IMG/VR virus record: IMGVR_UViG_3300045963_000039
Coordinates: 1 to 52,295 of that record
DNA: 52,295 nt
DNA from: a virus
Lineage: Duplodnaviria > Caudoviricetes
Reading direction: 5' to 3' (one strand)
Below are positions 1-8,929 of the stretch, piece by piece (position 1 is the first letter of the stretch; the number at the start of each line of letters is the position of its first letter). The position numbers were made by a program, and so were the translations under genes. The notes under the pieces are model-generated. The model made no database searches and was not told the DNA's origin. It saw nothing but the letters and a program-made list of their open reading frames with translations.

Positions 1-633
1 AAATTTTAATGCATCTATATGCATACTTGATATTTGTTCATCGTCAAACAAAAACCAGTCTGATATTTTATGTTTTTGGCATCCTATAAACATAAACTCA
101 GAGTTAAAAGTGATGATCCATTTATCAGCATGGATTGATTTAATTTCTTTACAGTTTCCAATCGATCTGGATAAATTAGCTCCAGATAAATTAGCTCCAG
201 ATAAATTAGCTACAGATAAATTAGCTCCGTATAAATTAGCTCCAGATAAATTAGCTCCAGATAAATTAGCTACAGATAAATTAGCTCCGTATAAATTAGC
301 TCCAGATAGATTAGCTCCAGATAAATTAGCTCCAGATAAATTAGCTACAGATAAATTAGCTCCAGATAAATTAGCTAAGGCTAAATCAGCTACAGATAAA
401 TTAGCTCTGTATAGATCAGCTTCGGATAAATTAGCTCTGGATAAATTAGCTCTGGATAAATTAGCTCTGGATAAATCAGCTCTGGATAAATCAGCTCTGG
501 ATAAATCAGCCCTAGATAAACTTACTTTTAAATCAATAGCTATCTTTACTGTTAAAGCAATATTGTTTTCTTCTATTTCATGAGAAAAAATTACATTTCC
601 TGAGTATCTGTTTTTTATTTCTATTTTTGACAT
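1..633 (-). CDS. Pentapeptide-repeat protein (runs off left edge)
   Basis: Manual minus-strand translation from ATG at 633 (TAATG-coupled to the upstream gene): [12 protein letters not shown]...[17 protein letters not shown]...[19 protein letters not shown]...SIGNCKEIK...IGCQKH..W; open to base 1. Missing from the ORF track. Confidence 0.92.
   Translation of the reverse strand, partial: MSKIEIKNRYSGNVIFSHEIEENNIALTVKIAIDLKVSLSRADLSRADLSRADLSRANLSRANLSRANLSEADLYRANLSVADLALANLSGANLSVANLSGANLSGANLSGANLYGANLSVANLSGANLSGANLYGANLSVANLSGANLSGANLSRSIGNCKEIKSIHADKWIITFNSEFMFIGCQKHKISDWFLFDDEQISSMHIDALKF
168..520. repeat. 15-bp tandem repeat (gataaattagctcca-like) encoding A(N/D)LxX pentapeptides
   Basis: Directly visible 15-nt period. 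Confidence 0.95.
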
Positions 634-1871
634 TACATACACTCACTAATTGAATTATAACAAGGATCGCAGTAATCCCTATTAAATTGACTACTTATAG
701 AGCTTAAAGTTTCACAACAGTTCTTACAATGCTTTATGTTTGGATCTGATTTACCGTGTAAGCTCTGATAGTAGTGTTCTATTTGTTTTTCCCATAACTC
801 ATCATCTTCTTCATCCTCTTCTGTTGTTACTAGAACTAGTTCCTTTTTTTTCTTAGATAGACCTATTAAGGTTGCGTAAGCATTGCTAGATGTTACAGAG
901 GTGACCCTAATATCTATTAATTTATCTAATAGGGATTCTGCTTCATTCCTATTTATACCAGTAACATTAATATCTTCACCTAAATAAGTACAAGAAATAT
1001 AGCCATAGTTATTTCCATTCTGATAAGCCACAAATTTCTTTGCAATAACTGATATATTCCCTTGCTTTAACAAAAAACCTTTATCTTTTGCCTCTTCTTT
1101 CTTTGGCAATAAGACAACCTTTTTTGTAGAGTAATAATTCGAGTAGTCATATGTATCATGAGTATGAGGACTAAATTTATTAATAAAGACATCATCATCT
1201 CCGATTGTCTTTATAGCAATATGAACTCCTTCTTTTGTTGATGTAATACTTTCATAGTCTATATCATTTCTAATAAGTAACCATTCTAGCATACCTTTTT
1301 CACTTGCAAAGAAAGTAGATTTACTACCTTTAATAGTAGCAAAATACATTGGCCTCTCTTTATTTCTAGCAAAGTTTAAGGTTTGGAGGGCATCATCATA
1401 CCATACCAGAGAATATGCACCTTTTAAAGACTCTAAAGATTCTTTTATATTCAATGACTTACTAAAGTTAGCTGTAATAGCTTCAGAGTCTACAGTATAG
1501 TTCTCTTTGTTTAGAAGATTATGACTGTTTAAAGTTCCATTATGGAATAGGGTAATATCTCCATGAGAAAACGGATGTGCATTAGTATCATTTATACTTC
1601 CAGTTGTAGCAAATCTATTATGTCCTACTACAAAAGTATTATTGTGTGATATTAGTCTTTTAGTAACTGGCATTTCTAGGAAGTCTATCGCATTCAATGA
1701 CTTCTTATAACTGCTAGACACACCTTGATTAGTAACAGTTAGTAGCCCCGTTGAATGCAAACCTCTAACACTATCACATATCAACATTTGATTGAATACT
1801 TTATCAAAGGTAGTAGGGTATAGCTTTGATCCAGGTTTTTCTTTATTTATATATCCAACTATTCCACACAT
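633..1871 (-). CDS. Class II (Ntn) glutamine amidotransferase with C-terminal Cys cluster
   Basis: N-terminal MCGIVG; GHNRFAT, NAHPF, HNGTL, VDSE motifs; C-terminal CKNC...CDPC. Confidence 0.92.
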   Translation of the reverse strand: MCGIVGYINKEKPGSKLYPTTFDKVFNQMLICDSVRGLHSTGLLTVTNQGVSSSYKKSLNAIDFLEMPVTKRLISHNNTFVVGHNRFATTGSINDTNAHPFSHGDITLFHNGTLNSHNLLNKENYTVDSEAITANFSKSLNIKESLESLKGAYSLVWYDDALQTLNFARNKERPMYFATIKGSKSTFFASEKGMLEWLLIRNDIDYESITSTKEGVHIAIKTIGDDDVFINKFSPHTHDTYDYSNYYSTKKVVLLPKKEEAKDKGFLLKQGNISVIAKKFVAYQNGNNYGYISCTYLGEDINVTGINRNEAESLLDKLIDIRVTSVTSSNAYATLIGLSKKKKELVLVTTEEDEEDDELWEKQIEHYYQSLHGKSDPNIKHCKNCCETLSSISSQFNRDYCDPCYNSISECM

Positions 1872-2974
1872 TAGTCTAACTCCGTAGGTGTTGCTTGATC
1901 AAACGAGATAGGTGCATCAAATAGATCATTAAAGATATTTTCTGCATTAAGTACTATATTAGGTTCATTAGTTTTACTTATATTATTTTTATCTGCATAT
2001 GCCTTAAGTAAAGAGTCTTTACCATATTTAACTCTACTTATCTTAGGTTTAGTTGCATATAACTTCTCATAATATATAACTTCTTTAACATCTGTAATAC
2101 CCTTCCTTAATAGAATATTCATATCTCTATTATTAGATAAGGGTTCAAATACACTTCCTTTAAATATTAAAGACAGAACTTTAATACCCCATCTATCGTA
2201 GTAATCTATTAGGTCTGTTATAGTATACTTAAGAGATGCATTTTTAATTGAGAATATAATATTAATCCAATTTTTAAGACTATTAATATCTGATGTACCT
2301 TGATGATGCCTAAACTCAACACTACCATAATTAGACAAAGGTAAGATATTAAGTGCAGAGTATTTATCACAAGTATTTCTAATAGCATCAACTAGATGTG
2401 GAAACAATCCATTCTCTGAATAATATCTAAAATCTTTTAATAGTAACATGAAGTCAGAATCAGTCAATGGTCTGCAATAGTTATTCTTAGATCTATTAAT
2501 ATTACAATATGTAAAGATAACCCTCTCTACCATAAGATATATCATAATAAAATTCAGAACTTCCTTCTCACTGTTGTCTCTAAAATCTAAGTGAACATGT
2601 ACTGATGTACGATCACTAGGCTCTACTTGTTTATTCTTATATATATACCCTTCAAAAAACATGTGTAAATCATTTAAGGCTGCTGTTATATTAGCCCCTT
2701 TTAAAGGTTGATTAAATGTGAATTCAGCTCCATCTCTTAAAGAACCATCCTTAATAACATGCCAGAAAGTAGACAGCTCATTTAGAGAACAAGCATTAGA
2801 GTATCTAAATCTACTAAGTCTTGGCTCTTCTTTGTTAGATGTAGAGAAATCATATCTACAATTTTCAATCTCAACTTCAACGCCTATTGCATCTGTATTA
2901 GATAGAAGAGTGAGGTCAGTCTGATATAAAAGACGGTCTACCTTCTTACCTAGAACATTATATAGCTGAGTCAT
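1871..2974 (-). CDS. Putative amidoligase enzyme (COOH-NH2 ligase fold)
   Basis: GVEVEIE, DGSL..GAEF, SVHVHLD, KYSALN, SVEFRHHQGT motifs; cluster context. Confidence 0.85.
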   Translation of the reverse strand: MTQLYNVLGKKVDRLLYQTDLTLLSNTDAIGVEVEIENCRYDFSTSNKEEPRLSRFRYSNACSLNELSTFWHVIKDGSLRDGAEFTFNQPLKGANITAALNDLHMFFEGYIYKNKQVEPSDRTSVHVHLDFRDNSEKEVLNFIMIYLMVERVIFTYCNINRSKNNYCRPLTDSDFMLLLKDFRYYSENGLFPHLVDAIRNTCDKYSALNILPLSNYGSVEFRHHQGTSDINSLKNWINIIFSIKNASLKYTITDLIDYYDRWGIKVLSLIFKGSVFEPLSNNRDMNILLRKGITDVKEVIYYEKLYATKPKISRVKYGKDSLLKAYADKNNISKTNEPNIVLNAENIFNDLFDAPISFDQATPTELD

Positions 2975-3608
2975 ATTTTCTCCTAAAAGGTATTCCTAGA
3001 TCTGATAATTCTTCATTAAATATATTTATATTTAGTTCAAAGAGACCCTCATCTACATTAAAAGACCCTATAGACCATGAGTTTTTAACTAGATCCATAG
3101 TATTAGTAATTCCATTAAGTTTAATGGCTATTGATGGGGTAATGGCAGTTGATAGCCTAGCCAGTGTAAGCACTGATTCTATAGCTTCCTCAAAAGTATA
3201 GAACTTAGGGTTGAATAGATCATCTACTATTTTTGTTATAGGATCACTATAGCTAAGTGACATATAGCTTTTTTCTACATATGAAAGATCCTTATAAGCT
3301 ATAGTGTCTAAATGAAGAGCTCTTTTAAACCTAGAACTAGAATCTCTCTTATGTTTACGTGTTACATTTACTACACTATCTTTTATATTTATAAATCCTA
3401 ATTTAGGTAAAGTAAAATCATACTCCTCTTGATTAAAGAGGATAGATGGAACTGATAACAAGTTTTTATTTTTAAATGTATTATAGTAAATGTATATCGG
3501 AGATTCTGAACCATCTTGAGTGAACTCTTCTACTCTTATAATAGAATCTTTGTATTTTACAAAACATTTAGAATACTTTACTGTTAAATCATGCGCTGTC
3601 TCAAGCAT
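2958..3608 (-). CDS. Hypothetical protein in ligase cluster
   Basis: 216-aa ORF overlapping both neighbours. Confidence 0.75.
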   Translation of the reverse strand: MLETAHDLTVKYSKCFVKYKDSIIRVEEFTQDGSESPIYIYYNTFKNKNLLSVPSILFNQEEYDFTLPKLGFINIKDSVVNVTRKHKRDSSSRFKRALHLDTIAYKDLSYVEKSYMSLSYSDPITKIVDDLFNPKFYTFEEAIESVLTLARLSTAITPSIAIKLNGITNTMDLVKNSWSIGSFNVDEGLFELNINIFNEELSDLGIPFRRKYDSAI

Positions 3609-4407
3609 ACAAGTTATTCCTTGTCATAATAATCTCTGCTAAATTCTTATCAGACTGATTAATGCATTGAACTATATGAGCTTTTTCGAAGATGGCTATC
3701 TCGCTAAGCTCTTCTAAGTTATCATATACTCTCTTAACACTGTCAAATACCCAACCCATCAACCCTTCTGATCTAAGCCAGAAATTAGATAGGGTACGAT
3801 ACTCCACCCCATCGTACGGATCTTCATTAAGAGTATCTTTAGGTCTAAAAGACCCTGCTTTACCATAGAGTGACCTCCTATCTATATCATCATCTAATAG
3901 GACACTAGGTACACCTAATACTAAATCTAAAGCTTTAACGAACTTAGCTCTATTCTCATAACTGCCTTCAGCTTGATCAAATGATATATGTAAATGGCCT
4001 CCTGCTGCTCTCTTATTAGTTTTAGAGTAGTCTACCTTTACATTCTCTCTCCAATTCCACACATCAAAGTCAGGTTCACAACCGGCCAACTGAGCCAATG
4101 GATCTGATAGTAGTGATTTAGTGCATAGGCTACTAGCAATAAAATCTAACTTAAGATCTAAAGGCTTTAATACTTCTTCTAAATCTTTTATAATAAGACG
4201 ATGATTATTAATAAAGTCTAGTTTATTATCTGCTGGAATACTATTAAACTCAGCTAAGATATTATCATGCTGAATATAACCATGATTAGTTTTATGAGGA
4301 GAATATTTAGTACCTGGGATATACTTAATAGCAGATACTAACTTTCCTTTCTTATCTCTTAAAAAAGCTTCTGGATCTGAACCAACTTTTAAATATTTAT
4401 TCATCAT
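3601..4407 (-). CDS. phiEco32-like COOH-NH2 ligase type 2
   Basis: VGSDPEAFL, DNILAEFN, GCEPDF, RAAGGHLHI, RRSLYGKAG.FRPK, GVEYRTLSNFW. Confidence 0.9.
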   Translation of the reverse strand: MMNKYLKVGSDPEAFLRDKKGKLVSAIKYIPGTKYSPHKTNHGYIQHDNILAEFNSIPADNKLDFINNHRLIIKDLEEVLKPLDLKLDFIASSLCTKSLLSDPLAQLAGCEPDFDVWNWRENVKVDYSKTNKRAAGGHLHISFDQAEGSYENRAKFVKALDLVLGVPSVLLDDDIDRRSLYGKAGSFRPKDTLNEDPYDGVEYRTLSNFWLRSEGLMGWVFDSVKRVYDNLEELSEIAIFEKAHIVQCINQSDKNLAEIIMTRNNLYA

Positions 4408-4413
4408 GTTTTC

Positions 4414-5202
4414 CTATAAGTAATGTATCTTAAAAGCATCTATATATTTCTGTACAGTATTACCCTCTAAACCTGGAGATGTATTAACTTCTAGTGCGTA
4501 TACTTCTCCCTCTTTAGTTACAATAACATCTACAGCTCCAAAATCAAGGCCTAAGGAAGAAACAGACCTTACCCCTATACCTACTACTGCTTGATAAATA
4601 TCAGAGTCTAAGTCATGCTTAAGATTCGTAGAAAAGTAATAGCCATTCCCATGGCAACGTACTAGCTGATTATCTATACCAGCCTTCCTCTTCTTCTGTT
4701 GGATGTGTATTACATTCCCAGAGACTACATGAACTCTATATTCCCACATCTTAGGAATATATAAGGTATATAAGCCAGCCTCTACTAACTCATCAGGATT
4801 TCTAGCTATAACAATTCCAGATCCACCTGATCCATTAATCTTAGTTCTACAAAATACTATAGCTTTACTATTATTATCAAAGAACATTTCTGCTAGTTCA
4901 GGTTGTAGTGTCCATTGAACTGTATTAATATTATAATCTTCAAACAGTCTTAAAGTAGCTATCTTATTAATAGCACATGAAACACTCCAAGGGTGGTTAA
5001 AAAGAATACCAGATCGCAACCAAGGTATACTACTACACCCCCAATTAATCATAGGTTGCATTTTATCTTTAGGTTTAATTCTAGGTGTATATATTTTAAG
5101 ACCTAAAGATAGAGCAATTTGTGTAGAGTAGAGATGAGATAGCTCGTTCTTATTACCTTTGTGATATTTTCTACGTTGTATAAAGATCATATTAACACCC
5201 AC
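4414..5202 (-). CDS. ATP-grasp ligase (RimK/YheCD-like)
   Basis: INWG, GSGGSGI, EYRVHV, LGLDFGAVD, LEVNTSPGL; true start possibly ATG 5190. Confidence 0.9.
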   Translation of the reverse strand: MGVNMIFIQRRKYHKGNKNELSHLYSTQIALSLGLKIYTPRIKPKDKMQPMINWGCSSIPWLRSGILFNHPWSVSCAINKIATLRLFEDYNINTVQWTLQPELAEMFFDNNSKAIVFCRTKINGSGGSGIVIARNPDELVEAGLYTLYIPKMWEYRVHVVSGNVIHIQQKKRKAGIDNQLVRCHGNGYYFSTNLKHDLDSDIYQAVVGIGVRSVSSLGLDFGAVDVIVTKEGEVYALEVNTSPGLEGNTVQKYIDAFKIHYL

Positions 5203-5611
5203 ACCCTATCAACTCTGATAGGCTTACTTTATTCTTATAAGACCAGTCGATTACTGTAGAGTCTGGAGATATTCTAGGCCTATTAAGAATAGTCTCCTCT
5301 TTTACTACTTTATAAATATAAGGGCTATACGTAATACCATTATTAAATACCTCAACCTTATCTCTACGGTAGAAATGAGGGTGGCCTTCTAACTGGTCTA
5401 ATCTTTTTAAAGTAGCCTCATCAACCTCATATATCTCTACCTTAATAATCTTACCCCCTGATATAATGCTAGGGAATGATCCCATAGATACCATATCATA
5501 CTCTTCGTTGGTAATTCCTTCAGCTACAAATGTACTATCTTTAAGTAGATAATGATTAGACTCACCTTTCTTCAATGTACCATATACTGCCACTAATTCT
5601 TTATTCATCAA
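5192..5611 (-). CDS. Gamma-glutamylcyclotransferase (AIG2-like)
   Basis: VAVYGTLKKG..NH and LKRLDQLEG.P..Y.R motifs. Confidence 0.92.
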   Translation of the reverse strand: MMNKELVAVYGTLKKGESNHYLLKDSTFVAEGITNEEYDMVSMGSFPSIISGGKIIKVEIYEVDEATLKRLDQLEGHPHFYRRDKVEVFNNGITYSPYIYKVVKEETILNRPRISPDSTVIDWSYKNKVSLSELIGCGC

Positions 5612-5783
5612 GTTTCTCCTTTAATCTGACAATCTCTCTTTCTAGTTCTACACTATAACTCTCAAAAGCTCTAAGTTGTAATTCAATAGCATCTTGAATG
5701 TTATAAGCTACATTAACTTTATCATAGCAATCTATAAATGAGAATTGGCCTGTATTATATTTTATTTCAGTTGGTCTTTTCAT
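5601..5783 (-). CDS. Small hypothetical protein, paralog of 6087..6278
   Basis: 60 aa; shares PT.I, SF.D, E.Y...LER.IVR. Confidence 0.75.
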   Translation of the reverse strand: MKRPTEIKYNTGQFSFIDCYDKVNVAYNIQDAIELQLRAFESYSVELEREIVRLKEKLDE

Positions 5784-6094
5784 TTATAGCCATCTCTTAA
5801 CGGCCTAATATGCTCTTTAATCTCAAACTTATGATTAGGATTTAATCTAAGATCATATTCTACAATACATGTATAACCTGATAGTAGTCGAGCCTGCCTA
5901 ATTTCTGAGTGTTTAATTTCTTCTGCGATACATTTGACATATTCTTTATTTATATCTATCTCTTTACAGTAAGCTTGTTTAGTGATAAGAAATGTACTAA
6001 CTATTAATACTAAAGATATTAGTAATCTTTTAATAAATAGAGTATTAACTATAGCGAGTAAGAGACCGATAGGTGTTATTAAGATGTTAATCAT
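5780..6094 (-). CDS. Hypothetical membrane protein
   Basis: Two hydrophobic N-terminal segments; overlapping start/stop junctions. Confidence 0.7.
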   Translation of the reverse strand: MINILITPIGLLLAIVNTLFIKRLLISLVLIVSTFLITKQAYCKEIDINKEYVKCIAEEIKHSEIRQARLLSGYTCIVEYDLRLNPNHKFEIKEHIRPLRDGYK

Positions 6095-6278
6095 AAGTTA
6101 CTTCTAGTGCTTTACTTATTCTAACTATATCTCTTTCAAGTGCATTGCAATATTCTTCAAGAGCAGTCATACGTTGAGTAACTAAACATATATTGCTACT
6201 AGACATGATGATAGTTTCATTATGATCTACAAAAGACCATGTTGAATTGTCTTTACGGATTTGTGTAGGCTTTTGCAT
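6087..6278 (-). CDS. Small hypothetical protein, paralog of 5601..5783
   Basis: 63 aa; AAGGA RBS. Confidence 0.75.
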   Translation of the reverse strand: MQKPTQIRKDNSTWSFVDHNETIIMSSSNICLVTQRMTALEEYCNALERDIVRISKALEVTYD

Positions 6279-6280
6279 TA

Positions 6281-6400
6281 TTATTCCTTCATTGAATTTG
6301 AAGTTAAGTGTTGATCATTAAAATCTTGATTGCTTACATAGGCATAGCTAATAAAGAGTAAGATGATAACTGTTATTGTGTAAAGGATACTTTCATTCAT
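6281..6400 (-). CDS. 39-aa single-TM peptide
   Basis: MNESILYTITVIILLFISYAYVSNQDFNDQHLTSNSMKE; packed between neighbours. Confidence 0.6.
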   Translation of the reverse strand: MNESILYTITVIILLFISYAYVSNQDFNDQHLTSNSMKE

Positions 6401-6509
6401 CTTTATCTAAAGACTTACTATATTTAGCAATAGCAATCAACCCCATGAATACAGGAAAGATTATAAAGACGGCTCCAGAACGGGCTAGCTGTTGTATGAG
6501 TTCTAACAT
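6393..6509 (-). CDS. 38-aa single-TM peptide
   Basis: MLELIQQLARSGAVFIIFPVFMGLIAIAKYSKSLDKDE; AAGGA RBS. Confidence 0.65.
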   Translation of the reverse strand: MLELIQQLARSGAVFIIFPVFMGLIAIAKYSKSLDKDE

Positions 6510-6529
6510 TTAGTTTTCCTTTTAGTAAG

Positions 6530-6661
6530 TTAATCTTTCTTGCCTTTAAGTATATAAAGACCTGCTATAACATGGAAGGCTACTACAAAGACAGTAGCAA
6601 ATCCAGTGATAATTGTTCTAGGTGAAAGGCCTAGTGAGAATATAAAGTTTATAGCTTTCAT
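6530..6661 (-). CDS. 43-aa single-TM peptide
   Basis: MKAINFIFSLGLSPRTIITGFATVFVVAFHVIAGLYILKGKKD; GAGG RBS. Confidence 0.65.
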   Translation of the reverse strand: MKAINFIFSLGLSPRTIITGFATVFVVAFHVIAGLYILKGKKD

Positions 6662-6669
6662 AAGACCTC

Positions 6670-6698
6670 TTGACAAATTAAAAAAGGTATGGTATAAT
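6670..6698 (+). promoter_or_regulatory. Consensus sigma70 promoter, antisense to the early operon
   Basis: TTGACA-17 nt-TATAAT with extended TG. Confidence 0.8.
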
Positions 6699-6735
6699 AC
6701 TCATGTCCCCGAGAGGCTATGGAGTTCTATATAAT

Positions 6736-6906
6736 CTATAGATCTAATAGGGAATAAATCTTATCCATATATAAGTCAATATCATTTAACTTAGAATCTA
6801 TAGAGTGATTATCTTCATTCTCTTTATGTATCTGTTTAAGTTTATAATAGATAATATTGAGATATGTTTTAAGATACTTCTTATCTTTAGTTAATAGTAG
6901 TTTCAT
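6736..6906 (-). CDS. 56-aa hypothetical, paralog of 6917..7090
   Basis: MKLLLTKD...LKQI...IYSLLDL; GAGGAG RBS. Confidence 0.75.
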   Translation of the reverse strand: MKLLLTKDKKYLKTYLNIIYYKLKQIHKENEDNHSIDSKLNDIDLYMDKIYSLLDL

Positions 6907-6916
6907 AAATACTCCT

Positions 6917-7090
6917 CTATAGGTCTAGTAAAGAATAGAGTGATTCTATCTTAGAGTCTATCTCTTCTAGTCTAAGATTTATTAGCTTATCATCTTCTAG
7001 CGTATAAGACTTTATCTGTTTTAATCTTATCTTTATATTCTGTAATAAGACAGAGGCAGTAGCTTGATCTTTAGTAGTAAGAAGTTTCAT
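6917..7090 (-). CDS. 57-aa hypothetical, paralog of 6736..6906
   Basis: MKLLTTKD...LKQI...LYSLLDL; ATGA coupling. Confidence 0.75.
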   Translation of the reverse strand: MKLLTTKDQATASVLLQNIKIRLKQIKSYTLEDDKLINLRLEEIDSKIESLYSLLDL

Positions 7091-7167
7091 CTCATTCTCT
7101 TACTTATTAATTCAGCTAAGATCATTACAACTATAATAACTATAGATATAATAAGTAATTTAATCAT
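7087..7167 (-). CDS. 26-aa TM peptide
   Basis: MIKLLIISIVIIVVMILAELISKRMR; AGGAGG RBS; ATGA overlaps at both ends. Confidence 0.6.
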   Translation of the reverse strand: MIKLLIISIVIIVVMILAELISKRMR

Positions 7168-7304
7168 CTATCCTCCTTAGTTACATTCTTATGTACTTTG
7201 TAGAGTAGTTGTGATAGATCGTGAGATTCAGATTTAGATAGCTCTTGTTTATCTATAGAATCTACTACTTTCTTTAGTGTTAGGTATTCAGAGTGAGTAA
7301 ACAT
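7164..7304 (-). CDS. 46-aa hypothetical
   Basis: MFTHSEYLTLKK...; TAAGGA RBS. Confidence 0.6.
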   Translation of the reverse strand: MFTHSEYLTLKKVVDSIDKQELSKSESHDLSQLLYKVHKNVTKEDR

Positions 7305-7421
7305 AATTATTCCTTACTATAAAATATAGCATTTAATAGGATTAGGACAACTGAAATTATGATTGTTATCTTTATGAAAAGCATAGGCTTAGTGAGTGAT
7401 GGACATCCTTGTCCGTTTCGG

Positions 7422-8219
7422 TTAATTCATTAAAGCAGCAGCTAAAGACTGGTTGTCAGTAGTTGTAAAATAGAACCCATCCATACCTTCAGAGAGTAGC
7501 TCTTTTACAAACTCTGGAGTTACTTCATCAGATTGATTTAGAGAGTCTCTAAAGTCAGTAGCTGAGACAGTGCTAGGCTCTTCTTCTTTCGTTGAGCTAG
7601 GGGCATTTTTAGCAGCTTCCTGAGCTAGATAATTACTTACCCAATCTTTTACTTTCTTGTCATTCTCTAAAGATTTAACTTTCTCGAACATATCTAAGCA
7701 GGCTTGTTGTACTTCTTCAAGTGTTACAGTACCAGCTACCAATGCACGAGCCATCTGAATTTCAGCACCTAAAACAATCTTACTCAGGTCATCAGGCAAT
7801 TTCAGTTCTTTTACTTCGACAGGAGCAATCTTATAGAATCTATATTTATCTGCCTTACAGAATGTGTTCAAATGATCTGCATTAAAGGTGAACCTTACCT
7901 CTTTGAAGGCTTTTGACTCTGAAAGTTTAGAAAACTTAACAGACCAAGTTTCACTCTTTTCATCATAGCTAGGCTCTAATCCTGAAATATGTTTATACCA
8001 GTAGGCAACTGCTTCAACCCTAGCAAAACCTTTTAAATGGGTAATAGAATCTAAGACCATCAATACAGCCTCATCACCTTTATACTTGTAAGTGTGAATG
8101 ACACTATCAATTAAGATAGAGTGTACTGTTTCTTGAATTGTAGTAAACTTTTTAGAGAAGTCTTTAAGTTTACGCTCAATTGAGAGTAGTGATTTAGTTT
8201 TTTCTTGGGACATATTCAT
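7422..8219 (-). CDS. Early hypothetical protein (265 aa)
   Basis: Long ORF with AGGA RBS; no family recognised. Confidence 0.8.
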   Translation of the reverse strand: MNMSQEKTKSLLSIERKLKDFSKKFTTIQETVHSILIDSVIHTYKYKGDEAVLMVLDSITHLKGFARVEAVAYWYKHISGLEPSYDEKSETWSVKFSKLSESKAFKEVRFTFNADHLNTFCKADKYRFYKIAPVEVKELKLPDDLSKIVLGAEIQMARALVAGTVTLEEVQQACLDMFEKVKSLENDKKVKDWVSNYLAQEAAKNAPSSTKEEEPSTVSATDFRDSLNQSDEVTPEFVKELLSEGMDGFYFTTTDNQSLAAALMN

Positions 8220-8291
8220 AATAATTCCTATTAAAAGTTAATGATAAATAGACTCTAATATAAAGCCTATTTGAATTAAATCTTAAGGCAT

Positions 8292-8325
8292 AAAAAAGCC
8301 TATCAAACTTTGCAGAATGATAGGC
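8292..8325 (-). terminator. Rho-independent terminator
   Basis: gcctatca-loop-tgataggc followed by T6 on the minus strand. Confidence 0.75.
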
Positions 8326-8343
8326 ATATTCCTTAGGAGGGAA

Positions 8344-8469
8344 TTAGTTAACTATAAATTTAGTGTAGCCTAGCTTATAAGCTAGTTTTACTACATCTAA
8401 ATGTCTTTTGAAACCTAGTATAACTTTAATTTTACTTGTCAGTAAGTCGGTTATATAAAATATTTTCAT
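8344..8469 (-). CDS. 41-aa hypothetical
   Basis: MKIFYITDLLTSKIKVILG...; TAATG coupling. Confidence 0.55.
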   Translation of the reverse strand: MKIFYITDLLTSKIKVILGFKRHLDVVKLAYKLGYTKFIVN

Positions 8470-8756
8470 TATGCAGCCTCAATCCAAATTTTACGAGTAG
8501 AATCGAACTGCACATGAATTTGAATGCCATGTTTATTTAGAGTTCTGCCTTTGATTATTCCTGAGTTATGAGATTCGACGTAATCTATAGTCCTAAAATA
8601 AACTTGATTTTTAGTCTCTTTACTAGTGAATAACTCTTTTGCTTTTGATACATTTACACTGTTAAAAAGATTCTTAACAGATAACATTTCATCGAAAAGT
8701 TTTCGAGTTACTACTATTTGTTTAGTTTGGCTCAATAGCCGCTTTGCTTGCTTCAT
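8469..8756 (-). CDS. Early hypothetical protein (95 aa)
   Basis: ORF track; coupled to neighbours. Confidence 0.7.
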   Translation of the reverse strand: MKQAKRLLSQTKQIVVTRKLFDEMLSVKNLFNSVNVSKAKELFTSKETKNQVYFRTIDYVESHNSGIIKGRTLNKHGIQIHVQFDSTRKIWIEAA

Positions 8757-8911
8757 AAGACACCTATATTATCAGTAATGTTCCATTTAAGAGCATACCG
8801 GCTTAACCTTCTTAAGAGTCTGAGACGGGTATAATCACTAAAATTATCAGCTCTTTTAAATCTGAGAGCTAATCTATCTAAATGATTTTGTTTGTCTAGT
8901 TTAGTTTTCAT
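8753..8911 (-). CDS. 52-aa basic protein, first gene of the early operon
   Basis: MKTKLDKQNHLDRLALRFKRADNFSDYTRLRLLRRLSRYALKW...; GGGG RBS; ATGA overlap. Confidence 0.6.
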   Translation of the reverse strand: MKTKLDKQNHLDRLALRFKRADNFSDYTRLRLLRRLSRYALKWNITDNIGVL

Positions 8912-8929
8912 AATAACCCCATGTTAATA

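Noticed and set aside
168-520. Repeat array as CRISPR
   Set aside because: Contiguous 15-bp coding repeats with no spacers and no cas genes.
110-583. + strand 157-aa DKLAP-repeat ORF
   Set aside because: Antisense shadow of the minus-strand pentapeptide gene, which fits operon direction and coupling.
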